A stretch of DNA of 63,145 nt, filler included, from Aduncisulcus paluster (GCA_024181965.1; 11 parts of 11 records of this genome joined end to end with filler, not necessarily neighbours in it); one strand, 5' to 3'; positions 47,474 through 58,874 are shown, numbered from the whole stretch's first letter. The notes: generated from the letters alone by a model not told the origin. Program-made: numbers and translations.

Positions 47474-50400
47474 ATGCCAGAAATAACACCAAAAGATTCT
47501 TTTGTAGAAAAAGGACCAGATGAGAAGGCTAGAGACTATGCATTTTTGGTCAATGGGACTCTAGCAGTTTCTGTTGCAGAAATCGAAAAAAAAAAGTATT
47601 GAAAAAAACTATTAGAAGAGATATTCTTGAAATGCGGGCTGCTCTTAAATTTTACTCTCGCCAATTTGATACTCTGACACGAGAAAAAGAAGAGATTGAG
47701 CTGATGCTTGAAGAGAAACTTGGAGGGGAAAGGGAAAAGTGGGCCAATATTATGAGTTTTATTAAGGTATTGGAGGAGTTATTGGCCAAGAAGAAGGAGC
47801 TTGGAGAAACTCAACCTAAGCTTGAACTTCAAGATGAGATTGCGAAAGGTAAGCAATCTTTGGCTTTTTTAAAGGAAGAACGCAAAAGAAAAACCGCTAT
47901 TCTCCATCAAAGATCAATGGATACCATCGAGAATGAAGTATCTAACACTCTCGATGATTTTCCCGGGAAATCTGAATCTGATATTAGTTTTAAGGAAAAA
48001 AGACACTCAAAGATTAAGGAGTTCATAAAGTTCTTTAAAATACATTTGTCTCACCTCTTACAAACAGAATCTATCAACGAAAAGGCCCAGGAATTCCTCT
48101 CCTTAGATCCTGTTAAACGGGTATTCCTTCAAGGTGAAGAAAAGGAAGAAGAAGAAAAGGAAGAAGAAGAAAAGGAAGAAGAAGAAAAGGAAGAAGAAGA
48201 AAAGGAAGAAGAAAAAGATCAAGAAGATCCTATCGATCATTATGATGAAGTCAATCTAGATGCGCAGATTCTTCGTTTTTTTTATTTTGTCAAGAATGCT
48301 AACTGTGATAAAGAGCTTAAAGATAAACTTTCTGGGAAATCGTATGAGCCGTGGGTGATTTATTTCTATGACATGATGAAATACATTTGCAATATCATTC
48401 TTGGTGAAGATCTTGGAGAAATTTCCATTAATTTTGTGTTAAATTCCATCCAACGTTACTATCACAATGTTATGGAAAGAGAGAGAGATCAAAGGAAGAA
48501 AACTCGAATGATGGATCTTGAAGAAACTTTCTCCAAGTATCAGAGTCAAAAGCACCAGCTTTCTATTATTGATAATATTGAGAAAGAGAAGGAAAAACTT
48601 CGTATTCATGCCCGACGTGTTCGTAATCTTGCTCAAAAATCTGATGGAATGGGTGTTCAGACTTATAACATTGGATGTGAGGATTCTCACTATAACCAGC
48701 TACAATATAGTCATATGAGATCGATTGCTGATTGTTATTTCATTTCTGCCCATAAAAAGAAGCTCAATCTTCAGAGAAGAATGTTGGGTCGTATTATACG
48801 CCATGAGGGACGCAAAGCATCTTGTCTCGAAGACTATCGAAAGCACATTGCCTCCGGTGATGATTATGGTGATGGAGAAAGTTCATCTTCTGAGGAGATT
48901 CGTTCATATAGGATCTCGAACGACTCTAAGAGTGAGGATACTCCTTCTCCTTCTTCTTCTTGGTCTTTCAGTGATAAAATTGACATGGAGAAGGATGATA
49001 AGGAAATATATATTCAACATGTCCCTTTCCCCGATATTAATGCGGAAGGAAAAGAGGGAGATGATGATCATCCTCCTCCAAAGTCTATAGATGACAGTAA
49101 CAGTGATTCGGATGAATTTGATGAGATTAAACAACCAACTGATAGCTCAGACCCACACCCACTCAAACCAGTGCATTATCCTAAGCCTATCGTGACAAGT
49201 GGATCCTTCATAGTGCCCATTCTTATCTCAACTGATGAGAAACCTGTGTCCAAAGAAATTAAAGGCGACGATGACACTTCAATCGGGACTCTATATGACC
49301 AGATATGCAAACCTGATCCAAATGATCATTCAAAAATATGTATTTCTCTCGAGGATTTGATGGAAGTTGGCTCATCAAGGCAGAAGACGAAGAAAAAACT
49401 CATGTCGTACATTGTTCCTCTTCTTATCAAGGCTCAGAGTCTCAAGGAAGGAAATCCGATTGTGGGTGAACTCAAGTTAGTTGAGGGCAAGATCATCATA
49501 TCAAGGAAGAAGAATTATTCCGATGAAAACCATGTGAGTCGAAGTCTTTTGGCTGCAAAAGATTACGCGTATGCCGATCCAAAGGAGATCGTACATTTTA
49601 TCCAACTTTCCATCAATTGTCCAATTAGGGCAAAATCATCACGCGACTATGATACGGAGTTTCAGAGTGTTAAGGAAGTCCTCAATGATCTTCAAAGGGG
49701 ATTTTACTTGGAATGTCTGGATAGCATTGATCTTTCTGGATGTTACCGTAACTGGGGAATCAGAGAAGGTAGTGAATTGTGTGTTGTTTCAGATATCTTT
49801 GACGCCATCATGCCCGATGGTACTCGTTCATTCCCATTGATAACGCTAAGGAATGTGAATCTTAGTGATACGGTCATGTATCCCGAAGATCTCATAAAGG
49901 TCATGTCCAAGCTTCAACACCCTCAGCGTCGACTCTCCCATCTCGATGTTTCCAAAAATACGGCTCTGACTCGACTCTCCTTTCGTCACATTGACGAATT
50001 TCAGAAAAGTTCCACACAGGGCTGGGATTCAATAGGGGAGATTCAATCCTTATCGATGAATGGATGCGCTCTCACTGACAAAACTCTTCCGGCAATCTTT
50101 GAACTTGTGAAGATGTGGAAAATTAAGAGGCTTGAACTTGAAGACAATCCCAGTTTAAATTTCATGATGAGCGGGTACAATATCTGTGATGTATTGAGTG
50201 GACCTCTCACATCCTTGTCATTTGAAAGATGTGAGATTGTTTATGCTGAAATTGACACAATTTTCCATCAAATTGCAAATGAATATGAGCGTAATCATCG
50301 TACGTTTAAAATGAAATCAATGAAATTTCCAAAGAGATTAGACCCCAAAGTTGTTAAAACATGCATTAAAGCATGTAAATGTCACTCAGTTTGTGTTACT

Positions 50401-50658
50401 GGCGATCTTTCTCAAGCAGAAGAAGTCAAAGATATTGATTATATCGATTCTGAAATGAATATCTTCGATATCACATTCAGTAATGTGGTATTATCGATAG
50501 AATTCGTGAAAGCGTTTATTGAAAGAAGATATCACATCCGGAAAGTCACTTTTTACGAATGTTCAAGGCCTTTGGATGTGATTGCCCTCATCGATGCAAT
50601 TCCTGAAGAATGGGTTACGAGACAAGAAAACATGATTTCAATCACTCTAAATCCATAG
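47474..50658 (+). CDS. Coiled-coil plus C-terminal RNI-like leucine-rich-repeat protein; frameshift in A10 run at 47586-47595
   Basis: MPEITPKDSF... (47474) joins the 1019-aa frame by a -1 shift. LRR motifs LDSIDLSGC, LRNVNLSDT, LSHLDVSKN, IQSLSMNGC and IKRLELEDN. Confidence 0.7.
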
Positions 50659-50881
50659 AAAATTATCTTTTGAATGAGAATCAGATACGTTATATTTTAA
50701 TAAATCTGTTATACGTGGTATAGACAAAGTTTATCAGTTCTCGGTCAAAAGAGCTTAATTTAACAATTAATAAATAATTTAAAATAATTTGAGTCAATTC
50801 ATGCAAAAAATGCCAATAATTATGTGAAAATGATATATTTGAATAAAGTTGAATGGGATTTTCTTCAAGCCTTTGATCACT

Positions 50882-51733
50882 ATGAGCGACGAACAATGCC
50901 CCGATCAGGGATTTTGGGGAGCTACAGTTGGTATTGGACTTATTGTGGGTACTATTGCCTCTTCCATCCCTCAAATTGTTAGGTTAGCCAAAAGGAAAAA
51001 TACTGTTGGGTTATCTGGGAATATGTTGCATTTAGCAAATTACAATCAGTTTATGGTTGTTGCCAATGCTTATATTCTAGATTTTGATCGTATTAGAAAC
51101 ATGTTTTCATCCTTTTGGTGTTTTGCCTGGCTTTTTTCCTGGTTCCAGCTGATTGGGCTTTGGTCTTGTTATTATATAACTTGGACATTATTTGGAATTT
51201 ATTTTAAGAATGATCCAACGTATACTCCGGCAAAATACCGTGCTAACTGGATATGCTGGATTGTGTTTACCTCTTTCGCGGTTCTTAACTTTATCATTTT
51301 TGGTATCACTGTTTCGAAATATGGAACTGATAATTCAGTTAATAAGGGATTTGCCACGGCCTGGGGAATCATCTCAACCATCATTTCCCTCGGTGAATGG
51401 ATTCCTCAAATCGTCAAAACTGCTCGTTTAAGGCACCCTGGTTCCCTTTCTATCATCATGCTTGGTATTCAAACCCCTGGATGTTTTATTATCTTCCTCT
51501 ATATGCTTTTGGTTACTGGCGAAAGTTGGTCAACTTGGCTTGGGTATTTGATCACTGTTATTCAGGAGATCATTTTACTTTCAATCCTTTTGGCCTACTA
51601 TTGTAATGGTACCCTTGCTGAAGATCCCGCCTTGAAACAGGAAAAACTCCAAGAGGGAACTGGATTGCTCGAAGGTTCTTCTGATGATAACCAAGATGCT
51701 CCTGGAGAAATTCAACAAGATCTGGAGGAATAG
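50882..51733 (+). CDS. PQ-loop repeat membrane transporter
   Basis: About 7 TM segments with two PQ motifs: SSIPQIVRL..RKNTVGLS and WIPQIVKT.RLRHPGSLS. ATG at 50882. Confidence 0.9.
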   Translation: MSDEQCPDQGFWGATVGIGLIVGTIASSIPQIVRLAKRKNTVGLSGNMLHLANYNQFMVVANAYILDFDRIRNMFSSFWCFAWLFSWFQLIGLWSCYYITWTLFGIYFKNDPTYTPAKYRANWICWIVFTSFAVLNFIIFGITVSKYGTDNSVNKGFATAWGIISTIISLGEWIPQIVKTARLRHPGSLSIIMLGIQTPGCFIIFLYMLLVTGESWSTWLGYLITVIQEIILLSILLAYYCNGTLAEDPALKQEKLQEGTGLLEGSSDDNQDAPGEIQQDLEE

Positions 51734-52103
51734 ATGAAAATCTGGATGTGATTATTGCTATGTTAATCGCCTCGAATTGATTTTCTGCTCCACTGGAAAG
51801 ACCTTATTCTCCTCTGTCATAATTCTCTTTCATTATCAACGAACAAGTTGATTTTTTTTGTGATTAATACTTCTATTAATTTTGTATTGGAAATAAAGTA
51901 TCAACTATCCAATTTGGTCCGACTAAACAGGTAATTTATAAATTGGAAAGAAATGAACCAAAAAAAAATGAATAACGTATCAGATATATCTTTATTAAAT
52001 TCAATTGTTGCTCTAACAAATTCAATAAGCTTCAAATCTCAAATTAAGAAAAATCAAAAATTTGGTAACATTGGTTATATTCTATTGAAATTAATATTTA
52101 ATA

Positions 52104-52610
52104 ATGAGTTATACTCTTAGTTCTCACAGAGAAAGTATTTTAAAAAGGCCAATTCGCCCTCAATCTTCAAAGAACTCCGAAACCTCTTGTACTCAATTCC
52201 AACGTGAGCAAGCTCAATTGGAGCATAGACGCGATCAATATAGACAACGCGAATATGAAAGATTGCGTGCTCTTTATGGTACTCCTGAAGATAAAAAGGC
52301 AATTCAAGAAAAACTCAGGCATGAATTAGAAGAGCTTGAAGATGAAAAAAAGAAGTTAGAAGAACTTCAAATGCTCGAAGATAAGAGAATTATTGAAGAA
52401 ATGAAAGAAAAAGAAGAATTCGAGAAGTTTGTCCAAGAAGATATGAGAAAAGAAAAAGAGCAGTATGCAAAATATCTGTATGAGGAAAACAAAAGAATCG
52501 AGCTCGAGAAGATGAGAAGAGAGAAGATGACCAGAGAGGAAGAAATTGAAGAAGAGAAAAAGGCCAAGGATGTATTTTACACAAACGCTTTCATGAAATC
52601 ATGGCGTTAA
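52104..52610 (+). CDS. Small E/K-rich coiled-coil protein (possibly axonemal)
   Basis: 168-aa ATG ORF forming a continuous charged helix. C-terminus only loosely reminiscent of ciliary microtubule inner proteins. Confidence 0.65.
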   Translation: MSYTLSSHRESILKRPIRPQSSKNSETSCTQFQREQAQLEHRRDQYRQREYERLRALYGTPEDKKAIQEKLRHELEELEDEKKKLEELQMLEDKRIIEEMKEKEEFEKFVQEDMRKEKEQYAKYLYEENKRIELEKMRREKMTREEEIEEEKKAKDVFYTNAFMKSWR

Positions 52611-52874
52611 TTGTATTTTGACTCGAAAAATTTCATATTATTTGCTCCATGCATGTTTTTCGATTTTGCTAATAAATGTTTTGGTTTGGGTTGTTTTCGT
52701 GAACTTCACCAGGCCTTCAATGAGGATATATTTTGTAAAACTATGTAAAAAACAATTTTATTATGATAATTAAATCCTTCTTTATTGAAATAAATACGAA
52801 TACTATTCTCATTCAAGGATTTCACAACTCCGTTTTATCTCCGCCGAGTTTGACAAGAATAAGAGCTTCCTAAT

Positions 52875-53772
52875 ATGTCAAGAGCGTATGTATTTACTTT
52901 TCAATTATATTTGTGATTTTTCTTTTTGTTATTTATCTATTCTTGGGCCAATTTACTCGGTTTTCTCCATGTTATCAATATTTCTCTATTTTAGAATTCT
53001 ACAAGCATTAAAACAAAGAAAAACTGCGGCAGTTAAAGGAAAGAATTTGTTGAAGAAGAAGAGGGATGCAATGTTTGCTCGGTTTCGTTCTATTCAAGCA
53101 GAGATTCGCCAAGCTAAATTAGATATGTCTCCAATTGTGAAAAGTGCATCTTGGGCATTGACAGAAGCTCAATTTTCTGCTGGTGATATTTCTGGCCGTG
53201 TGATTAGTTCTATTGCTTCTTCTTGCCCTGACCAACCTCATTCTTTTTTGAAAACAAGCACTGAGAATCTTGCTGGAGTTATGCTTCCTAAATTCGAGTT
53301 AATTAGTGACAATGAAGGTATTAGTAGTATTGTAAGTAGTGTTGCCATTACTGGTGGTTCCCAACGGTTGAAGAGTGCTCAAAAGGCTTACAACAAGGCC
53401 CTTGTCCATCTAGTTCATATCGCAAGTTTACAATCTTGTTATCTTGCCCTTAATGATGTTATTAGAATCACATCTAAACGTGTCAATGCCCTGGAATATG
53501 TTGTTATCCCAAAACTCGAGGAAAGTATAAAGGAGGTTGAAACCGAGCTTGAAGAGCAAGAAAGAGAAGAGTTTTTCCGTTTGAAAAAGGTTAAAGATAA
53601 AAAGCAGAGGGATGATGCCCTGGCTGGACAGATGGAATTATTACAGGAAGAATTGAAAAGAACTAAAGCACTTGCTGATGAGATCGACAAAGTTGAAGTT
53701 CAGGTTGGCATGAAGAAGGCGGAATCTGTTGAAGAAGAAGAGGAGGAGGAAGAAGAAGAAGTGGTTTTTTAA
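52875..53772 (+). CDS. ATP6V1D: V-type ATPase subunit D (exons 52875-52885 and 52995-53772)
   Basis: Spliced start MSRAILQALKQRKTAAVKGKNLLKKKRDAM; ENLAGVMLPKF; ITSKRVNALEYVVIP; ELEEQEREEFFRLKKVK. Confidence 0.93.
52886..52994 (+). other. Spliceosomal intron, 109 nt, phase 2
   Basis: GTATGTAT donor, T-rich body, TTTTAG acceptor. GC|A restores Ala and the conserved N-terminus. Confidence 0.88.
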
Positions 53773-53866
53773 TTTATATTTCGACTACTTGACTCTTTTT
53801 AAACATTTGATGTCAAGCTCCGTCAATTGATAATTTTTAAATAATAAATAATTAGATTTGTGATCA

Positions 53867-53966
53867 NNNNNNNNNNNNNNNNNNNNNNNNNNNNNNNNNN
53901 NNNNNNNNNNTTAATTAATTAANNNNNNNNNNNNNNNNNNNNNNNNNNNNNNNNNNNNNNNNNNNN
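53867..53966. other. Artificial contig-joining linker
   Basis: N44-TTAATTAATTAA-N44. Confidence 0.98.
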
Positions 53967-54463
53967 GGGAAACACTCGTCAAGGACAGTTCCGGTGGTCT
54001 TGAAGAAGTCCCAAGCAACGTCAAGGTAACCTCCATCACATCCGTCGTTACCAGTGTCACAGGACACAGAGTACTCGGGGGAAAGAGTAACGTTGATGTC
54101 ACCTCCAGAAGAAATGCAGAAACGGTCAGAAAGAGCCTCGTTGGCACCATGGGCCCAGCAGGAACCACACTGACCCTGGTCACGGATGGTGTTAAGGGCA
54201 GTACAGTCGGGGTAGGTGGAACGAGCATCGTAAGCAGTGGGAACTTCACAATCAACGTGTTGAACTTGAGGAAGACCAATAACCTCAATGTCATCAAGAA
54301 GAATCTTACGCCAGTCTTCACGAGTCCTGCTCTCAAATTGAGGGTAGACCTTGGCAGTCCACTTGGAGTCAGGATTAGAGTTGATCATATCAACAACGGC
54401 CTGCTTATCAAGACAGAAAGCAACGGCCATTAACATAACAACAACAATAGTAAAAAGTTTCAT
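53967..54463 (-). CDS. Cathepsin B-like papain-family cysteine protease, 3'-partial
   Basis: Signal peptide MKLFTIVVVMLMAVAFC, short propeptide (INSNPDSKWTA), PTAYDAR, IRDQGQCGSCWA, LSDRFCI and GCDGG. Confidence 0.93.
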
Positions 54464-54883
54464 TGGAATTAGCAAATGATTGTCAAGAAAATAAGAAACA
54501 CAACAATATTGTACAGTTTCACCCACTGGGTGTGTGAGTTAGTCCGAAGAACATTAAGAATGCTACATGATAGTAAACAAAAAGTTGGACTAATATTATG
54601 TGTTAAAATATTTGCTAATATTCTAAACCGGAAGAATAAGATTTGTATAATTACGAAATAACAAGAAAAAGGAATGTCATTTTTCAACATCGAATTAAGC
54701 GTGTTATTCCCAAGCAAAGTGATAAAAAATGTAATGAATATCAGTCTATTGAGAGAATTTATTTTGTCATTATTCAAATAATTTATGAAAAGTGAAAACT
54801 TTTCACTGCCTTGCCAAGGTATTGGAAAAAAATTGGCAGAATTCAAATGTAACCAAAATATATAAATAAAAACGCGAACATAT

Positions 54884-55648
54884 TTACCAGATCCATTCTC
54901 CATCTTTAACAGCCTTTATCTGTTCATCAGAGAAAAAGCGCTTCATTTTTACAGCGCTTGATCCATTCAAATAATACCGACTCATGCTCTGGAGAGAAGT
55001 AAAATATAACGATTGATAGAATTTAATTGCACTGAAGTTATGCCTTTCTGTTTCGAGATAAACCTCCGTGACGCTTTTTGACCGAATCATCTGATTCATT
55101 GAAATGCATGCCAATTTCTTTCCAATACCAAGTCTTCTATATTCCTTGACAACACTGACCATCCCTATGTATCCAGTTGTTCGGGAGGACAATCGTTCAG
55201 AATCGAGTTTCTTGTATAATATTGAGAAGGGCCCCTTTGAACTTTTTGAATCTTCTTTATACTTCAACTGTTCAACATAATGATGATAATGTGCAGGAGG
55301 CTGGAATTCTTTATGACCTAAGCGAATCACCTCGATTGAAGCAATTACACTTCCAACAATATGTTTCGTTTCATCTCGTATTGATGGGTTCTTTTCATGA
55401 ATTACATATTTTGCATGAGTACAAAATTCAATTTCTTTTGGGGATTTCTCAGGTTTCTTGCAAATCTCTTCGAAACGAATAAAATCATCATGAGCCACTT
55501 CAGCAACGAAAGAGATATCGGGATAGCGCTCTAGAAAAAATCTAAATGTATATTTTCCATATGGCTCACTTAAATCCGTGGCAAATAGCTCACACATAAT
55601 ATCTAAATCATTTTCATCATAGTAAGGCCGTATTTCAATAGTTACCAT
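54884..55648 (-). CDS. NAA30: N-alpha-acetyltransferase 30 (NatC catalytic subunit)
   Basis: DLSEPYGKYTFRFF, GYIGMVSV..EYRRLGIG, EVYLETE..N.SA..FY and RYYLNG. Likely start MVTIEIRPY at 55648. Confidence 0.9.
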   Translation of the reverse strand: MVTIEIRPYYDENDLDIMCELFATDLSEPYGKYTFRFFLERYPDISFVAEVAHDDFIRFEEICKKPEKSPKEIEFCTHAKYVIHEKNPSIRDETKHIVGSVIASIEVIRLGHKEFQPPAHYHHYVEQLKYKEDSKSSKGPFSILYKKLDSERLSSRTTGYIGMVSVVKEYRRLGIGKKLACISMNQMIRSKSVTEVYLETERHNFSAIKFYQSLYFTSLQSMSRYYLNGSSAVKMKRFFSDEQIKAVKDGEWIW

Positions 55649-55906
55649 AATATATTTTTTTAATATCTTGTGAAAAAATCCTTTGATCGTTATAAAGGTT
55701 TTGATCTCAATACTACCGACCAAAACAAAGCAAAACAACCTAGAGATTGCAATAGTATTATTTAGCAAATATAAATGGTTAAAAACATTGTCTCAAATAA
55801 AGAAAATAATGCTTTCACATTTAATTGTTTCTTTATCGGAATTAAGCAAGTCATCAAGAATTTACTCGATTGTACTAAAATATCATTTTAGTAAAAATCC
55901 ACCATA

Positions 55907-56228
55907 GCCCGACCACCTACAAGTAAGCTATCAAGAGCCAGGTGTAAAAATTAGTTCAAAGTCAAGATCAAGGTTATAAAGAGCCTCCCAATAAATCTCC
56001 AACCTGAAAATGCGTTCTTTAACCGACCGACCACCCACAAGTAGGCTATCGAGCCAAGGCCATCAAGAGCCAGGTATAAAAAGAATACCGCCCGACCACC
56101 CACAAACAGGTCATCAAAAGCCAGGTATAAAAAATACTTCAAGGTAAAGATCAATTTGAAGGTTAATAACCTTAGGTTATAAAGGGTCTCTCAATAAATC
56201 TCCCGCCTGAAAATGCGTTTTTTAACCG
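55907..56228. repeat. Non-coding composite repeat array near contig end
   Basis: CCGACCACC(C/T)ACAA...ATCAA(G/A)AGCCAGGT(G/A)TAAAAA three times (55907, 56026, 56090). GGTTATAAAG...CAATAAATCTCC..CCTGAAAATGCGTT.TTTAACCG twice. Confidence 0.85.
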
Positions 56229-56356
56229 GGGTGTCCATCCGAAACGTCAGGTAGGGGAGATCAATTGGGAGGTCAACTCCAATAATATCAACTTGAAGTT
56301 GACACTCTACACACAGAATTGACAAAGAACTTGCGACAATTGCCCAAGAAAAACCC

Positions 56357-56456
56357 NNNNNNNNNNNNNNNNNNNNNNNNNNNNNNNNNNNNNNNNNNNN
56401 TTAATTAATTAANNNNNNNNNNNNNNNNNNNNNNNNNNNNNNNNNNNNNNNNNNNN
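56357..56456. other. Artificial contig-joining linker
   Basis: N44-TTAATTAATTAA-N44. Confidence 0.98.
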
Positions 56457-57886
56457 AGGCCATTGATATACAATTCAGTTAGAGTAGTTGGGAGTACGTC
56501 CAGAGCTGTGATAGAAGTGCAACCACTGATATCAAGAGACGTGAGAGAGGAAGGAAACACGGAAGTGGACGTCGGGGCAAAAGAAGTGCAACCACTGATA
56601 TCAAGAGACGTAAGAGAGGAAGGAAACACGGAAGTGGACGTCGGGGCAAAAGAAGTGTTATTCTGGACGGATAAAGTGGTCACACTCAGTCCCGATAACA
56701 ATGAGGTCGTCGAGGGGAGTGAAACGTCATCGAGGATAAGAGTCCTCACGGATGACGGGAGAAAGTCCAGTTTTGCACCAGAAGGCGAAGACATGTTTGT
56801 CCCACTTACATTAACATACTCCAATGAGGATAAGGTTTCCAACTCAGAGAGATCGAAGGTTAAACTGGAGCATGATCCATCACAGATAGCTGTCAATCTT
56901 GTCAGACCTGTGGCATGGCGTAGCCCACCAAGATCAGTGATAGATCCACTCGTGATTCCAAGCTTTGAGGAAATATCAAGGGTTGTCAGAGATGCTAGGT
57001 TGGCGGGGGTAATATGACCATCATCATTGCACGCCGAGGTCAAATTACAAATGAAAGACTCAAGGTCTGAATCATTAAATTCAACAAATTCGCAGGCATC
57101 ACCCATGATTTGAGTGGTACAAGAACACTGGGGTGATATATCGCATACACCTTGACCAGAACTGTTACTGCACATGTCCTCAGTGCCATTATCAAGAGTC
57201 GCGAATGGACAGTCATGGTCACATTGTGCTCCATATCCAGAGTTACAAGAGCAAATATCAGGAGCTGTGCATGTTCCATCATTACAATTTGTATTTCCCA
57301 AAGATCCAAAACAATAAGGAACACAAACGTTTGAATCTGCATCAGGAAAGTCATAATTAGACTCGCAAGAGTAAGTTTTTGTTGAAAAAATAATATGTGG
57401 AGGGGTGCCAGATACATTGATTTTAAATTCATTAAAATTAGAAAAGTCTACATAGCAAAATAGTTCAACAATTGTGGGATCAAAGGTGGGGTTGGTATTA
57501 AGATTATTGAGAATATCCAATTCGACTTTATCATAGGGTAAAGTAGATGAAGGTTCATCAATATAAACAGGTGCATTTGTTAACGATTGATACATAGATC
57601 CAATTGAAACAGTCCCATCTCCGGCGCACCAATTTCCATGCTCGAAGTGAAATTCTATAGCCTGTAATTCTTTATGGTCTTCATCAGAATATCCAGTAAC
57701 GCCGTTATATATGGTCTGTGCTGATGAACTACTGGAAAACGTAGATGCAGATAAAGTGGTAAGAGAAAATGTATATTCTCCGTCTGAGATTATTGTTCCG
57801 TCTGTTCCAGAAACTTCCACAATGTAATAGCAAAATAGGAAGCTCCACAAAAAAAAGATAAAAATTTGGGAAATATATAAACACAT
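56457..57886 (-). CDS. Secreted or cell-surface protein with EGF-like domains and leucine-rich repeats, 3'-partial
   Basis: Signal-like MCLYISQIFIFFLWSFLFCYY (ATG 57886), EGF-like CNDGTCTAPDICSCNSGYGAQC and CS...G.C....CSC.....G.AC, then LRRs (LASLTTLDIS, LEYVNVSGT, LTSLDISGC). Confidence 0.85.
56513..56657 (-). repeat. 69-bp coding tandem repeat (23-aa LRR unit, two copies)
   Basis: AGAAGTGCAACCACTGATATC at 56513 and 56582; encodes TSFAPTSTSVFPSSLTSLDISGC. Confidence 0.9.
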
Positions 57887-58362
57887 AAGAGTGACAATCT
57901 TTGTTTCCAACAATAACTTGGGTGGGAGTCGATTAAATTCGAGTTTTTGAAATGGGACCGGTAACCGCCGGCGGCGGCGAAACTTCATTTGATTGTGACA
58001 TTGTCAAGTGAACTGTTTGAACCATTATTTCACATTTTGTTAATATTTGGAAGATTTTTATCTTCACCTATTTCTTTTTCAGGTCCATTAGCGATTACAG
58101 TTTGTTACTCTGCCAGTGGCAGTGAAACTAATTGAAACAGTCTGATTTCATGAAGTATTAAATCGATATGATGTTGATTCACCTGGAGCAAACTCTATGG
58201 CTGAGAACAAACAATTTTATGAAAAATAACAAAAATCACGGTGATCACCCAACTGCCAGTGGTTTGTGTGTTGTTGTTGTTGTTTGAATTTTTATATCGA
58301 CTAACAGCCAGTTTTGTGACCTTTAGTTCACTGTTATTTTAATTTTATCGCTTGTTTATTAA

Positions 58363-58774
58363 TTTTTTCAACTTTTTTTGAATTCTCTCGGCTGGTCAAA
58401 TCCTGGGCTTATTCGTGCACTTGACACACATTGTCTAACTATTGCTGAACCTATCAACCCTACAATTGTCAGATCTGTCATTGAAACTTTCGACAGGATC
58501 AGACTTCCTCAGTTCAGTACAACGTTGGACTTTTTGAAGTACTCCTCCTTTTGGGATAAAGATTCGGGGAAAACCATGCCCACTGGTGGAGGGATATATA
58601 GAGCTGCAACTCGTTTGCATGGCAAGCAAGTTCTTGAAGCTCTTAATCCCCTCTTTGAGCGATATGTCACCATTAGGCGTCATTTCTACCCCTTTCTTAA
58701 AAAAGAGATTCTCTTCACTGTTCAACTTCGCATGTTCATTGCCCAAGACATTCTACTTCCATATTTAATCGATA
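58363..58774 (+). CDS. Open frame with no 5' ATG, protein-like, truncated at contig end
   Basis: About 137 codons open after TAA at 58360 with plausible composition. First Met is internal (KTMPT). Confidence 0.4.
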
Positions 58775-58874
58775 NNNNNNNNNNNNNNNNNNNNNNNNNN
58801 NNNNNNNNNNNNNNNNNNTTAATTAATTAANNNNNNNNNNNNNNNNNNNNNNNNNNNNNNNNNNNNNNNNNNNN
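58775..58874. other. Artificial contig-joining linker
   Basis: N44-TTAATTAATTAA-N44. Confidence 0.98.

Noticed and set aside
52888..52994. Hydrophobic N-terminal extension on V-ATPase subunit D in the ORF track
   Set aside because: It is the translated T-rich intron.
9430..53772. Hexamitine/ciliate-type code (TAA/TAG = Gln) or TGA reassignment
   Set aside because: Conserved genes end at the expected positions with TGA (ATG3), TAA (ValRS, V-ATPase D, ubiquitin) and TAG (eIF2B-like), and multi-kb ORFs contain no internal stops.
57887..57988. MKFRRRRRLP... N-terminal extension of the surface protein
   Set aside because: The downstream ATG at 57886 directly precedes a signal-like peptide; the Arg run derives from a GGC repeat in the probable upstream region.
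58100..58145. U4 snRNA-like words (CAGTGGCAGT and CTAATTGAAA)
   Set aside because: The intervening 5' stem-loop of U4 is missing and no Sm site context follows; likely coincidence.
4741..58874. Recurrent TTAATTAATTAA flanked by Ns as a biological repeat or CRISPR-like array
   Set aside because: The identical 100-nt N44/12/N44 structure at all ten sites is a synthetic six-frame-stop contig joiner.
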